Shown here piece by piece: positions 11,052-21,170 of a stretch of DNA of 64,000 nt. Every line of letters begins with the position of its first letter. The first letter of the stretch is position 1. The position numbers and the translations under genes are program-made. The DNA comes from Corallochytrium limacisporum Hawaii (lineage: Eukaryota; Protista; Pluriformea): the NCBI GenBank assembly GCA_002811645.1, contig PDIP01000037.1, positions 7,345 through 71,344 of the forward strand, given 5' to 3'. Under the pieces are notes generated by a model. It saw only the letters and a list, made by a program, of their open reading frames with translations. It searched no databases and had not been told where the DNA came from.

Positions 11052-12752
11052 TTAAGTGCCACCCCCCTGACCTTGGGTAGCCAGCACCTCGTCCACATCC
11101 TGGAGAATGCCCTGTAGGTAGGTCACTCGATTGGCGAGATTTTGGGCCACCGTATCGCTTTCAATGTTATTACGGTCCTCAATGCTTAGACTGGCAATTT
11201 GACGATGTATGTTGGTAGAGGAGAGTGTGGGGTTGGTGTTCTCCTTATCTGCTCCGGTTCCTGAAAAGTGTGTGGAAGCGGAAGTGGTTCGGGGCTGGAC
11301 GGTTTGTCGAAGCGGCCCACTGCGAGCCATTGCCATTTCGGTCTTCACGAGCTTGTAGTCCTTGGCGATAGCACGGTCCAAAGCATCACTCAGTTGTTTA
11401 ATCGGGCTGCTAGGGCCAGATCCAGGGTTTCGCGGGATTCCTTTCGTCGGGCTGCGATCCGCAATCTTTCCAGACGGCCTGAGTTTGGCAGGGCTGGGAG
11501 ACGCGCTGTTGTCGAAGTCGATGGCATCAAAGGAATCGTCATGTGCGCCTAAGACCGGCGACGGCGGAGGACGTTGAGATTTGGTTGTCTCTGCAGCAGC
11601 CCTGCCCGGCTTCTGTGCTGCGACAGAAGGTGCCATGTTCTGCGCATGTGGCTCTGGCACCCGCGGCGCTATACCCTGGGTGAAGAATTCCGACATAATG
11701 TCCCGCACTATGCCACGCACTTTCCGTACTTCTTCGTACTGCGCCCCTGCGCTGTTGCTTGGGCTTGTTCTTCTGCCCGAGGTGTCCATTGTACTCAGGG
11801 TGCCATCAGCCTTTGGCGGCAACGTTGCGGACCCAGGTGACCTGTCTTCCACGAGAGGAGTTGGTACTTCCTGTGCTGGTGCAGTCTGCATTCGCGTTTG
11901 GTGGTGCTGCTGCTCCGCAACTTGCGGGGGCACACCGCGTCCAGAGTACACGCCCGTGTGCAACCCACCTGAGTACCGGCGTCTTACAGGGGATACCGGT
12001 TCTTCCCGTGGTTGGTAGCTGTACGATGGAATGTTCTGTGTAAGGGTAGTGGCCGTTGTGTTGATCGGTGTGCTTGGATCCGTCGCTGGTGGCTCGGGTT
12101 GAGCAGTCTTATCGGGATACGATTGCATGGGCAAGGATAAAGGCGGCTCTGCGTCTAGAGAGTCCAGGATGCGACGTCTCTGTAGCTTCTGCCGCCGTTG
12201 CTTGCGCCATTGAACCAGCGGATCATCGTCACCGCCAGGAACAAACTGTAGCCTGCGGCTCATGCCAAACGACTCACTTGATGCAGTGGGTAGCGTACCA
12301 TACATTCCCGTTGTCCTGCTGGTCACGGGCATGGTAAGCCCGTGAATTATTTGTTCTTCCCCTGATTCCTGCAGGTCTGCTTCAGCTAAACCCCGACTGA
12401 GTTGCTTCTGTGCCTCAGATCGCATATCGGTGGGCTGCTCGGGTTGGGATCCTGATGATGTTGCAGGCGCCGTCTGAGCTGCACGTGTTGCTCGGTCCTG
12501 AGCTGCCCAAAGGTTCTGTGATGCGGTTCGCCGTTCACCAGCTACTTCCTGACTCCACCAGAAACCGCTCATTTTCGAATCTGACGGTAATGACTCCATA
12601 CTGTCGGTTCCTGGAAGCATTGCATGCCCTGCATTTGAAGATATCGCTGAATCAAGTACATTCCGTTGGCCTCGCGGCAATGGAGGGTCCGAGCGAAAGC
12701 GGTCTACCAAGGTGGCAATCACCTCTCCTTTAGGGGGTGACGAGGACGTCAT
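11052..12752 (-). CDS. Low-complexity P/S-rich protein, PROSER3-like
   Basis: Short blocks resembling animal PROSER3 in the same order: 'VIATLVDRFRSDPPLPR', 'GFWWSQ', 'DDDPLVQWRKQRR', C-terminal 'ESDTVAQNLANRV..LQ..LQDVD'. First in-frame ATG is 12752. Confidence 0.6.
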   Translation of the reverse strand: MTSSSPPKGEVIATLVDRFRSDPPLPRGQRNVLDSAISSNAGHAMLPGTDSMESLPSDSKMSGFWWSQEVAGERRTASQNLWAAQDRATRAAQTAPATSSGSQPEQPTDMRSEAQKQLSRGLAEADLQESGEEQIIHGLTMPVTSRTTGMYGTLPTASSESFGMSRRLQFVPGGDDDPLVQWRKQRRQKLQRRRILDSLDAEPPLSLPMQSYPDKTAQPEPPATDPSTPINTTATTLTQNIPSYSYQPREEPVSPVRRRYSGGLHTGVYSGRGVPPQVAEQQHHQTRMQTAPAQEVPTPLVEDRSPGSATLPPKADGTLSTMDTSGRRTSPSNSAGAQYEEVRKVRGIVRDIMSEFFTQGIAPRVPEPHAQNMAPSVAAQKPGRAAAETTKSQRPPPSPVLGAHDDSFDAIDFDNSASPSPAKLRPSGKIADRSPTKGIPRNPGSGPSSPIKQLSDALDRAIAKDYKLVKTEMAMARSGPLRQTVQPRTTSASTHFSGTGADKENTNPTLSSTNIHRQIASLSIEDRNNIESDTVAQNLANRVTYLQGILQDVDEVLATQGQGGGT

Positions 12753-12979
12753 TATGTATCTAGTGTGTTTACTATTGTATAATGTGACACACTCTTTATG
12801 TCCCGATATGTACACTACATTGTTACGAATTAACAGGCCTTCCAAGGGTGCGCATGCAGTTATTAATATCAATGTGATTCACAGTACCCGGCCGTTTTCA
12901 ACCGGCCGTTTTCAACCGATTACAGAATGCACGGCCTAAAAGTCCGTCATCATTATCACTATATCTACGAAATACCTTC

Positions 12980-13830
12980 CCTTTTGGTCTGCCCGCAGAT
13001 ATGCCTGTGGCTTTCTCCTTCGCGGTGGCTTGCTCTCACTCTCGCCCCTGGCAGATCGGGCCCGCGGAGAGCCCGGCAAAAAAAAAAAGGAGGAGAGCAC
13101 CGAGGGAGAGACCCACCCAGCCCCCTTGCGATGGCGCGCGTCCGTGTGTGAGGGGTTTTTGGCGGGAAAAGCCACATTCGCAAACGCACCCACAGCGGGC
13201 ATAAGGAGGCAGAGGGACCGGCCAAGTGTGGGCACCGCTCCCTCCCTGTCCCACTCGTAGATTCATTGGGGATAAAAACAGGCCCCCAAACACGTTCGCG
13301 AGCGGGGACCCTTATGTTTTCCTGGTAGATTTTCTGCACCGACCACCAGTGCAGCCAATGGGGGGGCATCGAGGGGAGAACAAGGAAACCAGTCGAAACA
13401 ATTGAAACACAGAATGGGTCCGTGGAAGAGAGAGGTCGCGTTCGGAGGGGCCTGATTATATATACGGAATATTTATACATATCTCATTCGAACGCGATAA
13501 TTTGTTACTCATTCTATAATATGATCAAAATATCCGCTGTATTATCATACGGAATAATTTAAATCAAAGGCAGATGGAAAGGCAGCGAAGTGGTTCGTCG
13601 CCGTGTCTCTGACGTGGGGACCTTTCGGAGGGCAGGGTGGGGATCTGGGAGTAGGGGCGGTGTGTGCGACGCAGTGAGACCCCCTTCTGGGGGGCGCAGG
13701 GGGGAAAGGGAAATACAAGGCGAAGAGTCGGGGCTAGAACGGGGGAGGGAGAGCTGAGTTCGGGGCGCGCCGGTGCGACGGGAGGAAAGCCACATTGCAA
13801 ACGTGTCCCGGCTGTGTGGGCTTCCTGGCT
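12980..13830. promoter_or_regulatory. Bidirectional promoter island (PROSER3-like / LNPK); representative of similar islands near 8150-8760, 21300-21520, 25450-26170, 28300-28700, 32900-33080, 34680-35020, 38150-38230, 41600-42130, 47380-48400, 49740-50130, 51700-51930, 54830-55120, 58120-58320, 62270-62660
   Basis: G/C and A/T homopolymer runs, CpG-rich sequence, (CA)n and GGGGCC motifs occur upstream of gene starts and not in the short convergent gaps. Confidence 0.55.
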
Positions 13831-14063
13831 CTTCTTGCGGAGCTTCTTGTCCCGCTGGATGTGACTTACAAAAAGGTACATCTTTACATGATGTTTTGAT
13901 CATATTCAGCCACTGGGTGCTGTGAAAGCATATTTGATAGCCCATAGACCAATAAGCGATAGCATTCTTGAGTGCTTAAAGAAGATGCGACGTACCTGAG
14001 GGATACCCTAGGTGGATAGTTGCAAACGTTCGGAACAACTTTAAGTCTTCTAGGTTCTGAGCC

Positions 14064-15746
14064 ATGGGACAACGCATTGGTCGTTTGTTTGGCCGTAAGG
14101 CGGCACCGAAGGTGGGACCGTATGATGAGGCATTGAACCTAGACCAGGAGGTGCGCAAAATTGAGGCGCAGCTTTTGGCGGTGCGGGGTAGTCAACGGCG
14201 TCTGCAGCGGTATGCTCTGACCGGTACCATTGCAATATTTGCTGTGATCTTGCCGCTCTATGTTCTCCTGATGAGCTTTAAGTATGAATTGTGGGAGGTG
14301 ATAATCACACCAGACGAGATCAAGAACTGGGACGCACTGCAGTCATGGCTTGTCGGGCCCGGATTGGTATACATCGTAATCCCGGTGATGGTGATTAGTA
14401 CACTAAACACCTTACAGAAAGTTGTAGCAGCTAACCAGGCCTCACAGATAGATGAATTGAACCTTTCACTCAAATTGATAAACAGTCGGCATAGGGAGGC
14501 TGCGGCCAAACTCTGGCAGGACGAGACCATGCGGAAGATCTACGAAATGATGAAGAAATACGATCGTTCCCTGGACCGCCGCAAAGCACCAGCGAACCAG
14601 ATTACTTCTCAGCAAGCCGCAGCGCGGCAACAGCAGATCTGGCAGCGCCAGCAACAGGCCATTGCAAGACAGCAACAGTATCAGTACACTCAGGCACATG
14701 TAGCAGCCATCCGCAGCCAGAGCCCAGCCTTTGGAGCCGGCACACGAATGGCACAGACCCCGCAAGTGAAGCAATTGACACAGGGAAGTAAGGAGGATGC
14801 CAAGGGACACTACGGCACCCCCGCCACGGCCGCATTGGGAGGCAGTGACAGCACAAAGACCGCCGATGACGGAGCCCGCGTTCAATCGCATGCACACGAA
14901 CCGAAGGAATCAGTGGCATCTCAGCCGGACATAGATCCCATGGCTTTTGCACGAACCAGTCTACAACCCCCTTTCCCGCTACCTAATCGTGAGCCGCCCT
15001 CCACCCTGGATCGTATCGTGAATTGGATCACCCAGGATGGGGAATCGCATCGCTACGCTCTAATTTGCCGGCACTGTCACGCACACAACGGTCTGGCGCT
15101 GCCGGAGGAGTTCCGGACAATTTCGTTCAAATGTTTTGCATGTTGGGGTTTCAACCCACCGCGGGATCGACCGGGCAGTCTGGGTGGTGCCGCCGGAAGT
15201 ACACCAATGCCTCCATCGGCGTCATCTGCGACCGAGGCGTTTGATGATGGAGATAGCAAGCCCCAAATGATGGCTCTCGACGATGATAGCGGTAGTGACG
15301 GGGAAGGCTCAAAATTGACAGCCGCTCAGCAGGAACCCTCCGTCCGTGGACGGTTTTCTATCGATGCCAACGCCGTACGGGCGGCGCAGGACGCCGCCGA
15401 GACGACTGAGGAAATGAGTAAAGGCCAAGCGCATCCTCGCAGGAGCAGGAGTATGCAACCCATGCCCCACTCAGATGGAGACGAAGGGGGGCAACAGAAA
15501 AAGGAACCTTCCACCAAGACAGGCACAGGTATGCGGAGCGTCAGCGCAGAGCCGAAGCAGGATTCAATACGGAGCCGGAAAAGCAGAAAACGCGACCAAG
15601 GCGTCGAGGACATACAGGGGCTTGAGCCAATGAATGAGGGCAATGGAGACGGGAACACTGAAGACGAGGATTCACCGGGCAACCTGGACCGCTTTTCAAG
15701 CATTGAAATCAACGACGGTCGTGGACCAAAGGACGGTCCCAAGTAG
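14064..15746 (+). CDS. LNPK: Lunapark ER junction protein
   Basis: MG N-myristoylation-type start, two TM helices, coiled coil, zinc ribbon RYALICRHCHAHNGLA...FKCFACWGFN. Confidence 0.92.
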   Translation: MGQRIGRLFGRKAAPKVGPYDEALNLDQEVRKIEAQLLAVRGSQRRLQRYALTGTIAIFAVILPLYVLLMSFKYELWEVIITPDEIKNWDALQSWLVGPGLVYIVIPVMVISTLNTLQKVVAANQASQIDELNLSLKLINSRHREAAAKLWQDETMRKIYEMMKKYDRSLDRRKAPANQITSQQAAARQQQIWQRQQQAIARQQQYQYTQAHVAAIRSQSPAFGAGTRMAQTPQVKQLTQGSKEDAKGHYGTPATAALGGSDSTKTADDGARVQSHAHEPKESVASQPDIDPMAFARTSLQPPFPLPNREPPSTLDRIVNWITQDGESHRYALICRHCHAHNGLALPEEFRTISFKCFACWGFNPPRDRPGSLGGAAGSTPMPPSASSATEAFDDGDSKPQMMALDDDSGSDGEGSKLTAAQQEPSVRGRFSIDANAVRAAQDAAETTEEMSKGQAHPRRSRSMQPMPHSDGDEGGQQKKEPSTKTGTGMRSVSAEPKQDSIRSRKSRKRDQGVEDIQGLEPMNEGNGDGNTEDEDSPGNLDRFSSIEINDGRGPKDGPK

Positions 15747-15848
15747 AACGTCAGATAGCGAATAGTCGTCTAGCAGCAAATACAAAGCACTACGCTCCTT
15801 AGTTCAGTTTTAAGTAGTATACTCTTTTCATGAATCTACACAGATGGT

Positions 15849-18800
15849 CTAGCCAATAACATGTACCCCACTCTCCCCCCGCAGCAGGACAGCGCACGCC
15901 GCGGAGACGGGGTGTGTGCTTAGGTTCAAGGCGGGATGATCCATCTTCTCCGCGAGCAGGCGGTCAAGTTCCCGCTTAAGTCCAGCCACCAAAGTCGCAA
16001 TGCGACCTGTGGCACCGAAGCGGATCCACCCGTCAAGCACAATTTGGTTGCGCTCGTGCAGTGGTTCCACACGGCGGGTAAAGAGCAACAGAGCGTACGG
16101 ATGGAGTACCGTCGAATCCCGCAAGTAGACCTTCGAAGTACTGATCTTTTCATTGAAGGTTAGGTAGGGGCACTTCGCGTAGTTGTTCTCCTTAAAGTTG
16201 ACACTGCCTGGGTGCACAAAGACGCGTTCCCGGCTGCGCGTGTAGAACTTCATGGCAGAGGCTTCGTGCTCCTTCAGTACCGCTCCCTGCGCGGACTGGA
16301 TGTATTGCTTCTCGGGCATCTTGACGTAAGCGATATTCGGGTACAGACCGGCCATCATGGCTGCTTTGATGACACTATGGCTGTCCGCATTGATGTTGTA
16401 GGCCTCAATGGCGGCCAGCTGGTCATCGGCGCGGTTCCTTCCGTACGCGGCTGTCGGAACGAACCCTTTGTCTGCGAGAATATTGAGATACTGCTGCCGG
16501 GAGTCCTGGATGTTCAGCATGGATTGCATCGATAGGAAGTTCTCCTCTAGGTAGTGCCGTTCTTCCTTGCGAGAAGCCTTTTCGGCGCGTAGCTTGCGCC
16601 AACCCGCAAATGCATTGTGGCAGGCAATGAGATCGCTGGCTGAGCCATCGACGAAGCTCTGTTTGGCAGCCTGGGCCTCTGCGCGCTTATCGGAAGGACT
16701 AACGAACGGACTACGGCTCGAAACACAGGCCGCAATGGTCAGGATCGGGTCAAGGCATTGCAGGATGGTGCCGTAGAGCATCATCTTGGCAATTCGCGTG
16801 TCTACCGGCAGTTCCGCCATGTGGCGGCCAAGAGCGGTCATAGTCAGATCGTCACCGCCGCCGTGCTTCTCTACTAAGGCCCCGATCTCGAGCAAGTCGC
16901 CAATGGCTTCGTCGATTGCTTCGGTGGAAGGCGGCGTGAGGCACCGCAGGAGCAGGGCGTCAGGGCGTGAGTAGCCCATGGCTGCGACCATGAGGCAGAG
17001 CTGCTCGAGGGAGGTGCGCTGAATCTCAGGCATGGAAAAGTCACGCATCTGACGATGGTGGAAGTTACGATTAAACAAACGGATGGCATGTCCCGGGCGA
17101 ACACGACCCGCACGACCCTTCCGCTGATTCGCAGAGGCCTTGGAAATCCAGACCTCTTCCAGTAGGGTCATGCCACGCTTCGGGTCGTACTGAATCTCCT
17201 TCTCCCGGCCGGCATCAATAACGTAGACCGCGTCGTCTACTGTTACGGAAGTCTCAGCAATATTTGTGGTCAGCACTACCTTGCGCTTGCCTTTCGGCGG
17301 TCTCGCAAATACCAGGCGTTGCTCCTTCGCTGGTAACGAAGAGTGCAAGGACAGAATCAGTAAGTTGTGTTTCGAGGCCACGCCAGTACTTTTCAGCATT
17401 TGCGCAGCCTGTTGAATCTCGGACAGACCGGGCAAAAACACAAGGATTGCACCAGTCAGCTTCTCGTCTTCCTTGCGATCTTTGGGCACCAGCGCCTCGC
17501 AGATGTGCGTTACCGCAGCACTGATGGCTTCGTAGGGTATGTCCGGCAACCGTTGGCGTTGGACGGTGCGCGCTGGATCCAGGCTCTTGGACTGGCCACT
17601 TCCGCCATGCCTGCGAGAGGACTGGTCGACCTGCGCTTCCCAGTCAAGGTCCTCGCTCTCATCGCTGGAGGAGTTGACCTCCGCGTGCAGGGTAGTATTG
17701 GAATCCAGAGCATCTGCCTTGCTGTTGTTGTTCTTGCCACCTCTCTTGTTGTCTTCCCTATCTCTAACTGGCTTTTCCTGCTTGTTCGGTCCATCACGTT
17801 TGATGCGGTTGCCCATGGCATCAAACTGTGACACAAGCCGCTCGACAGCATCTTGGTCATCGTCGTCCTCGGCCATCGACTGATCGCGCAGACCCATCAT
17901 CTGTGGCGTGAATACGTTGGGCAATTCGTCCCAGTGCGTCACCGTGACCGGGAAAGTGCGACCTGGAATCGACAGCACCTTCGGCTGAAATGCCTTAAAA
18001 TATGACGCAAAAAGCTGAGCGTCAATGTCCGCCGACATGAGCACGACTTTGACGTGCGGGTTGTGAGGTAGTGCTTCGCGGAGCAAGGCCAGCAGCACAT
18101 CGCTGTTGACGCTGCGTTCGTGGACTTCATCCACGACGATGTGACTGACACCGCTGAAGGCGCGCTTTATGCGCTTCTGAATCATCTTATCGCCGCTATC
18201 CACTGCACTTATCTCCACATTGGCACCACCGACCATCTGCCGGAGCAGAACACCTGTCGTGCAGTAAAGTACGCGGGTTTTCGCGCTACGCTTGGTATCC
18301 AACTTGACGGAGTAACCAATGGTGTCTCCAATCTTTTCGTTCTGCTCCCATGCCACACGTTCGGCAATGGACATCGCTGCGATACGACGTGGCTGAGTGC
18401 AGAGTACCCGACACTTTGCCCCGGCGCCGGCTTCCATCATGTCCTCAAGAATCAGCTGTGGTACCTGTGTGGTCTTACCGCAACCGGTCGCACCGCTGAT
18501 GATGGTCACCCTGGTGGAGCGTACTGTGGAAATCACCTCCTCCCTTTGCTTTACACTCGGCAAAGCCTTCCGCATTAGTAAGCGCTCACTGTAGGTGGCG
18601 TCCGTAGCCAATTTACTCAGGTAGTCCACTACAGCATCATCACCAGATTTGCCGGACAACATGGCAGCCTGATCGTTGCTGCGAGCAGTCTTCCTCTTAT
18701 TCTTGGCTTCCCCGGCTCGATCTTTCAGTTTTTCCACATCCAAGGATTCGCTTGTCACCGCACTCTGGTTTAGGTGTAGGGGACGGAAGTCTTTGATGGG

Positions 18801-20567
18801 CGGTGGCTTTTGCACGACCTCCTCCAGGATCCTTTGGCCCCGGTCAATGAGCTCTGATCCAAAAATCATCTCCGTAGCGGTCAACTCCACAGCTGCTTCC
18901 ACCAACTTTTCTGTGACATGCAGGCAGATGTAAGCAGGGAGAAGAGGGTGCGTCACCGCAATCACTGGCGGTTCTTTCGGGTACTTGGAGCCGACGGGGA
19001 ACCGCATTGTAATTGAGGCGTCACCACCCAGTACGTACAGCTCCATAAAGTTATCGGCCTCCGAAGATGACAGTAATCTTGTTCGCTTTTCCTCTTCTGT
19101 CTCGTCCACAGGCGTTTGCTGACCCTTCCCACCCTTACCTTTCTTTTGCTGCTGCTGCTGCTGTTGTTGCTTTCGTTCCACTTTCTTCTTGACCTCATCC
19201 GGAGGACTAATGCGGAATTCCCATTCTCTTGCCCCTGCCGCCGTCTTCTTCTTGGCAGAGAACTGTATGGGAGCACATACAAACATGTGGCCCATGAGCT
19301 CCTCCTCTTCGGCAATCTCATCCATATGGTCCTCGTCGGATGTGCCGGTAAAGGAGGCGATCAATGTCTCCGCGGCCTCACGATCCTGTCCCAGAAGTAC
19401 TTCTGTCTTGGATGGGTGCAGAAGACACCACTGTAGCAACCGACGTGCCCGGTCTTCCATGCTGTCCGACAAATCCATCGCTTTGCTGACTACGTCAGTA
19501 GGGTATCCCTGTGCCTGCAGACGGGCAAGCGTTTTCGCACGCGCAATTCCACCCTCTGCGTCCCACGTATGGATCTGTAGGGTTCCCTTGGGTCGGTAAC
19601 TGAAGGGCAGGTCTGCCTCTGCCACATGGATACACAGCCAGTTCAGTATCTCGGTAACATCGAGGCCACAGACATCCATGGCTTCATGTACATGTACCGC
19701 GAGAAAGCCTTCTCTGCGCACGTACTTGTACACGCTGTCCTTATCACCTCCAGGCCCCAAAGCTTGCCCGGATCCTCCTCCATCCACAGAGGTGCCTGGT
19801 GATGTCCTTCCACCGTTCCGCTCGCTAGCCTTGCTCTCCTCCACGGCCTGCGCAGAGTTGCGCAGAGCAATCTGCCTGAGGATGCTCTCAACCTTGCTCC
19901 GTGTCTGTTCACTCATGTAAATGTTGGGTAAAGGCCGCTTGAGCTCACGTTCGCGACGCTTCCTCTGCTTCTCCAGTCGCAGCTCCTCTTTCGCATCCGG
20001 TTCCGGCTCTGCAAAGGGGTCATCAGCAGTTTTCTTATCCCTCAGAGATGGATTCTTCTGGCGCTCAGCCTCTAGCTCTTTCCAGTAGTCCCGAAACGCA
20101 TGCGGCAGCAACATGATACGATTTGTGTGCCATGCAACCTTGTGCAAGGCGTAGACCGAGGCCCAGTGCTTCGCATTCTGTACCGTGTCCGCTTCCTTTT
20201 TGGGCTTCAGATCCACCGTGAGGTGACCCCGCTTCGGATCACGTTTCCCCAGACGGATCACACAAACGTGATTCTGTCCGTTGTTCCGTTCGAAGACCAT
20301 GAATCCTGGTTTATCCCAGCCGTTCTGGCGCTGACAATACTCGTAGAGCTGTGCTGTAGGCGTTTTGCCGGTCCAGTTTTTCAGCAGTGGATTGTCCTTG
20401 CGGTCCGGGCGCTGGCCAGTCGGGTGTGGCTGCGATCCTTTGCCACCCTTGCCACCCTTACCTCCTGGCGGGTCGCTGGTGGATGCTTTTCCTTTGTCCT
20501 TGCCTTTGTCCTTACCTTTATCGCCGGGCCCTGCACCAGCGGTGCTGCTGCCTTTGTTCTTGCCCAT
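15849..20567 (-). CDS. DHX57: DExH-box RNA helicase, DHX57/DHX29-like (dsRBD-like, UBA-like, RWD, helicase core, HA2, OB)
   Basis: GATGCGKTTQ, TQPRRIAA, DEVH, TTNIAETSVT, QRKGRAGR; RWD 'FPVGSKYPKEPP'. Confidence 0.88.
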   Translation of the reverse strand: MGKNKGSSTAGAGPGDKGKDKGKDKGKASTSDPPGGKGGKGGKGSQPHPTGQRPDRKDNPLLKNWTGKTPTAQLYEYCQRQNGWDKPGFMVFERNNGQNHVCVIRLGKRDPKRGHLTVDLKPKKEADTVQNAKHWASVYALHKVAWHTNRIMLLPHAFRDYWKELEAERQKNPSLRDKKTADDPFAEPEPDAKEELRLEKQRKRRERELKRPLPNIYMSEQTRSKVESILRQIALRNSAQAVEESKASERNGGRTSPGTSVDGGGSGQALGPGGDKDSVYKYVRREGFLAVHVHEAMDVCGLDVTEILNWLCIHVAEADLPFSYRPKGTLQIHTWDAEGGIARAKTLARLQAQGYPTDVVSKAMDLSDSMEDRARRLLQWCLLHPSKTEVLLGQDREAAETLIASFTGTSDEDHMDEIAEEEELMGHMFVCAPIQFSAKKKTAAGAREWEFRISPPDEVKKKVERKQQQQQQQQKKGKGGKGQQTPVDETEEEKRTRLLSSSEADNFMELYVLGGDASITMRFPVGSKYPKEPPVIAVTHPLLPAYICLHVTEKLVEAAVELTATEMIFGSELIDRGQRILEEVVQKPPPIKDFRPLHLNQSAVTSESLDVEKLKDRAGEAKNKRKTARSNDQAAMLSGKSGDDAVVDYLSKLATDATYSERLLMRKALPSVKQREEVISTVRSTRVTIISGATGCGKTTQVPQLILEDMMEAGAGAKCRVLCTQPRRIAAMSIAERVAWEQNEKIGDTIGYSVKLDTKRSAKTRVLYCTTGVLLRQMVGGANVEISAVDSGDKMIQKRIKRAFSGVSHIVVDEVHERSVNSDVLLALLREALPHNPHVKVVLMSADIDAQLFASYFKAFQPKVLSIPGRTFPVTVTHWDELPNVFTPQMMGLRDQSMAEDDDDQDAVERLVSQFDAMGNRIKRDGPNKQEKPVRDREDNKRGGKNNNSKADALDSNTTLHAEVNSSSDESEDLDWEAQVDQSSRRHGGSGQSKSLDPARTVQRQRLPDIPYEAISAAVTHICEALVPKDRKEDEKLTGAILVFLPGLSEIQQAAQMLKSTGVASKHNLLILSLHSSLPAKEQRLVFARPPKGKRKVVLTTNIAETSVTVDDAVYVIDAGREKEIQYDPKRGMTLLEEVWISKASANQRKGRAGRVRPGHAIRLFNRNFHHRQMRDFSMPEIQRTSLEQLCLMVAAMGYSRPDALLLRCLTPPSTEAIDEAIGDLLEIGALVEKHGGGDDLTMTALGRHMAELPVDTRIAKMMLYGTILQCLDPILTIAACVSSRSPFVSPSDKRAEAQAAKQSFVDGSASDLIACHNAFAGWRKLRAEKASRKEERHYLEENFLSMQSMLNIQDSRQQYLNILADKGFVPTAAYGRNRADDQLAAIEAYNINADSHSVIKAAMMAGLYPNIAYVKMPEKQYIQSAQGAVLKEHEASAMKFYTRSRERVFVHPGSVNFKENNYAKCPYLTFNEKISTSKVYLRDSTVLHPYALLLFTRRVEPLHERNQIVLDGWIRFGATGRIATLVAGLKRELDRLLAEKMDHPALNLSTHPVSAACAVLLRGESGVHVIG

Positions 20568-20582
20568 GCTGTCACCACAAGG

Positions 20583-21170
20583 TTATTCCGTACCGCAGTG
20601 CCTCCGGAGCAAATCACAAAATTTAGAAATCTTGTCCGCTCGTGGTCCAGCCAACAATTGATGCAGACGACTCACTCTCTGGTCGCCCGATATGTTTGGC
20701 TCTCCCGTGTCAGCCTCTGCCGCAGACTCCAAGAGTACAATGGCTTCCTGCACCTCACGGTCCTTTAAGATCTCCCGGATCTCGGTGTTCCCTTTCAGTG
20801 CCACAAGGACTTCTGGCTTGACGCGGGGCAGAATCTCGTCCCCGTCACACAGCTGTCCGGGTGAGTCTGGCACGTCTATTAATCTGAGGTCGGCCCTCTG
20901 CTCCTTGGCCTTTTCCTGGTCGGAGGGCTGCTGGTTCGCCGCGTGCTCAGATTCCTTGTGCTTTTTGAAGCAAGGCACACTGCAATACCGCACCTTCTTC
21001 TCCTTGCACTGTGGACAACGATAGGGGGCTTGTTCTTTTCCACAGACCACACACCCTTGCTCGGCGTTTGCTGCTTTCAGGGCCGGATCTCCTGATTTGG
21101 CCCGCTTCTGCGCCGAGGGATCAGTGTTTGAGGCAGACCGCTTGCGCGAATGCCGATACCTGTTACCCAT
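20583..21170 (-). CDS. ZNHIT3: Zinc finger HIT protein (ZNHIT3/Hit1-like, box C/D snoRNP assembly)
   Basis: CVVC...YRCPQC...RYCSVPCFKKH zf-HIT motif followed by a short helical C-terminal domain. Confidence 0.8.
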   Translation of the reverse strand: MGNRYRHSRKRSASNTDPSAQKRAKSGDPALKAANAEQGCVVCGKEQAPYRCPQCKEKKVRYCSVPCFKKHKESEHAANQQPSDQEKAKEQRADLRLIDVPDSPGQLCDGDEILPRVKPEVLVALKGNTEIREILKDREVQEAIVLLESAAEADTGEPNISGDQRVSRLHQLLAGPRADKISKFCDLLRRHCGTE

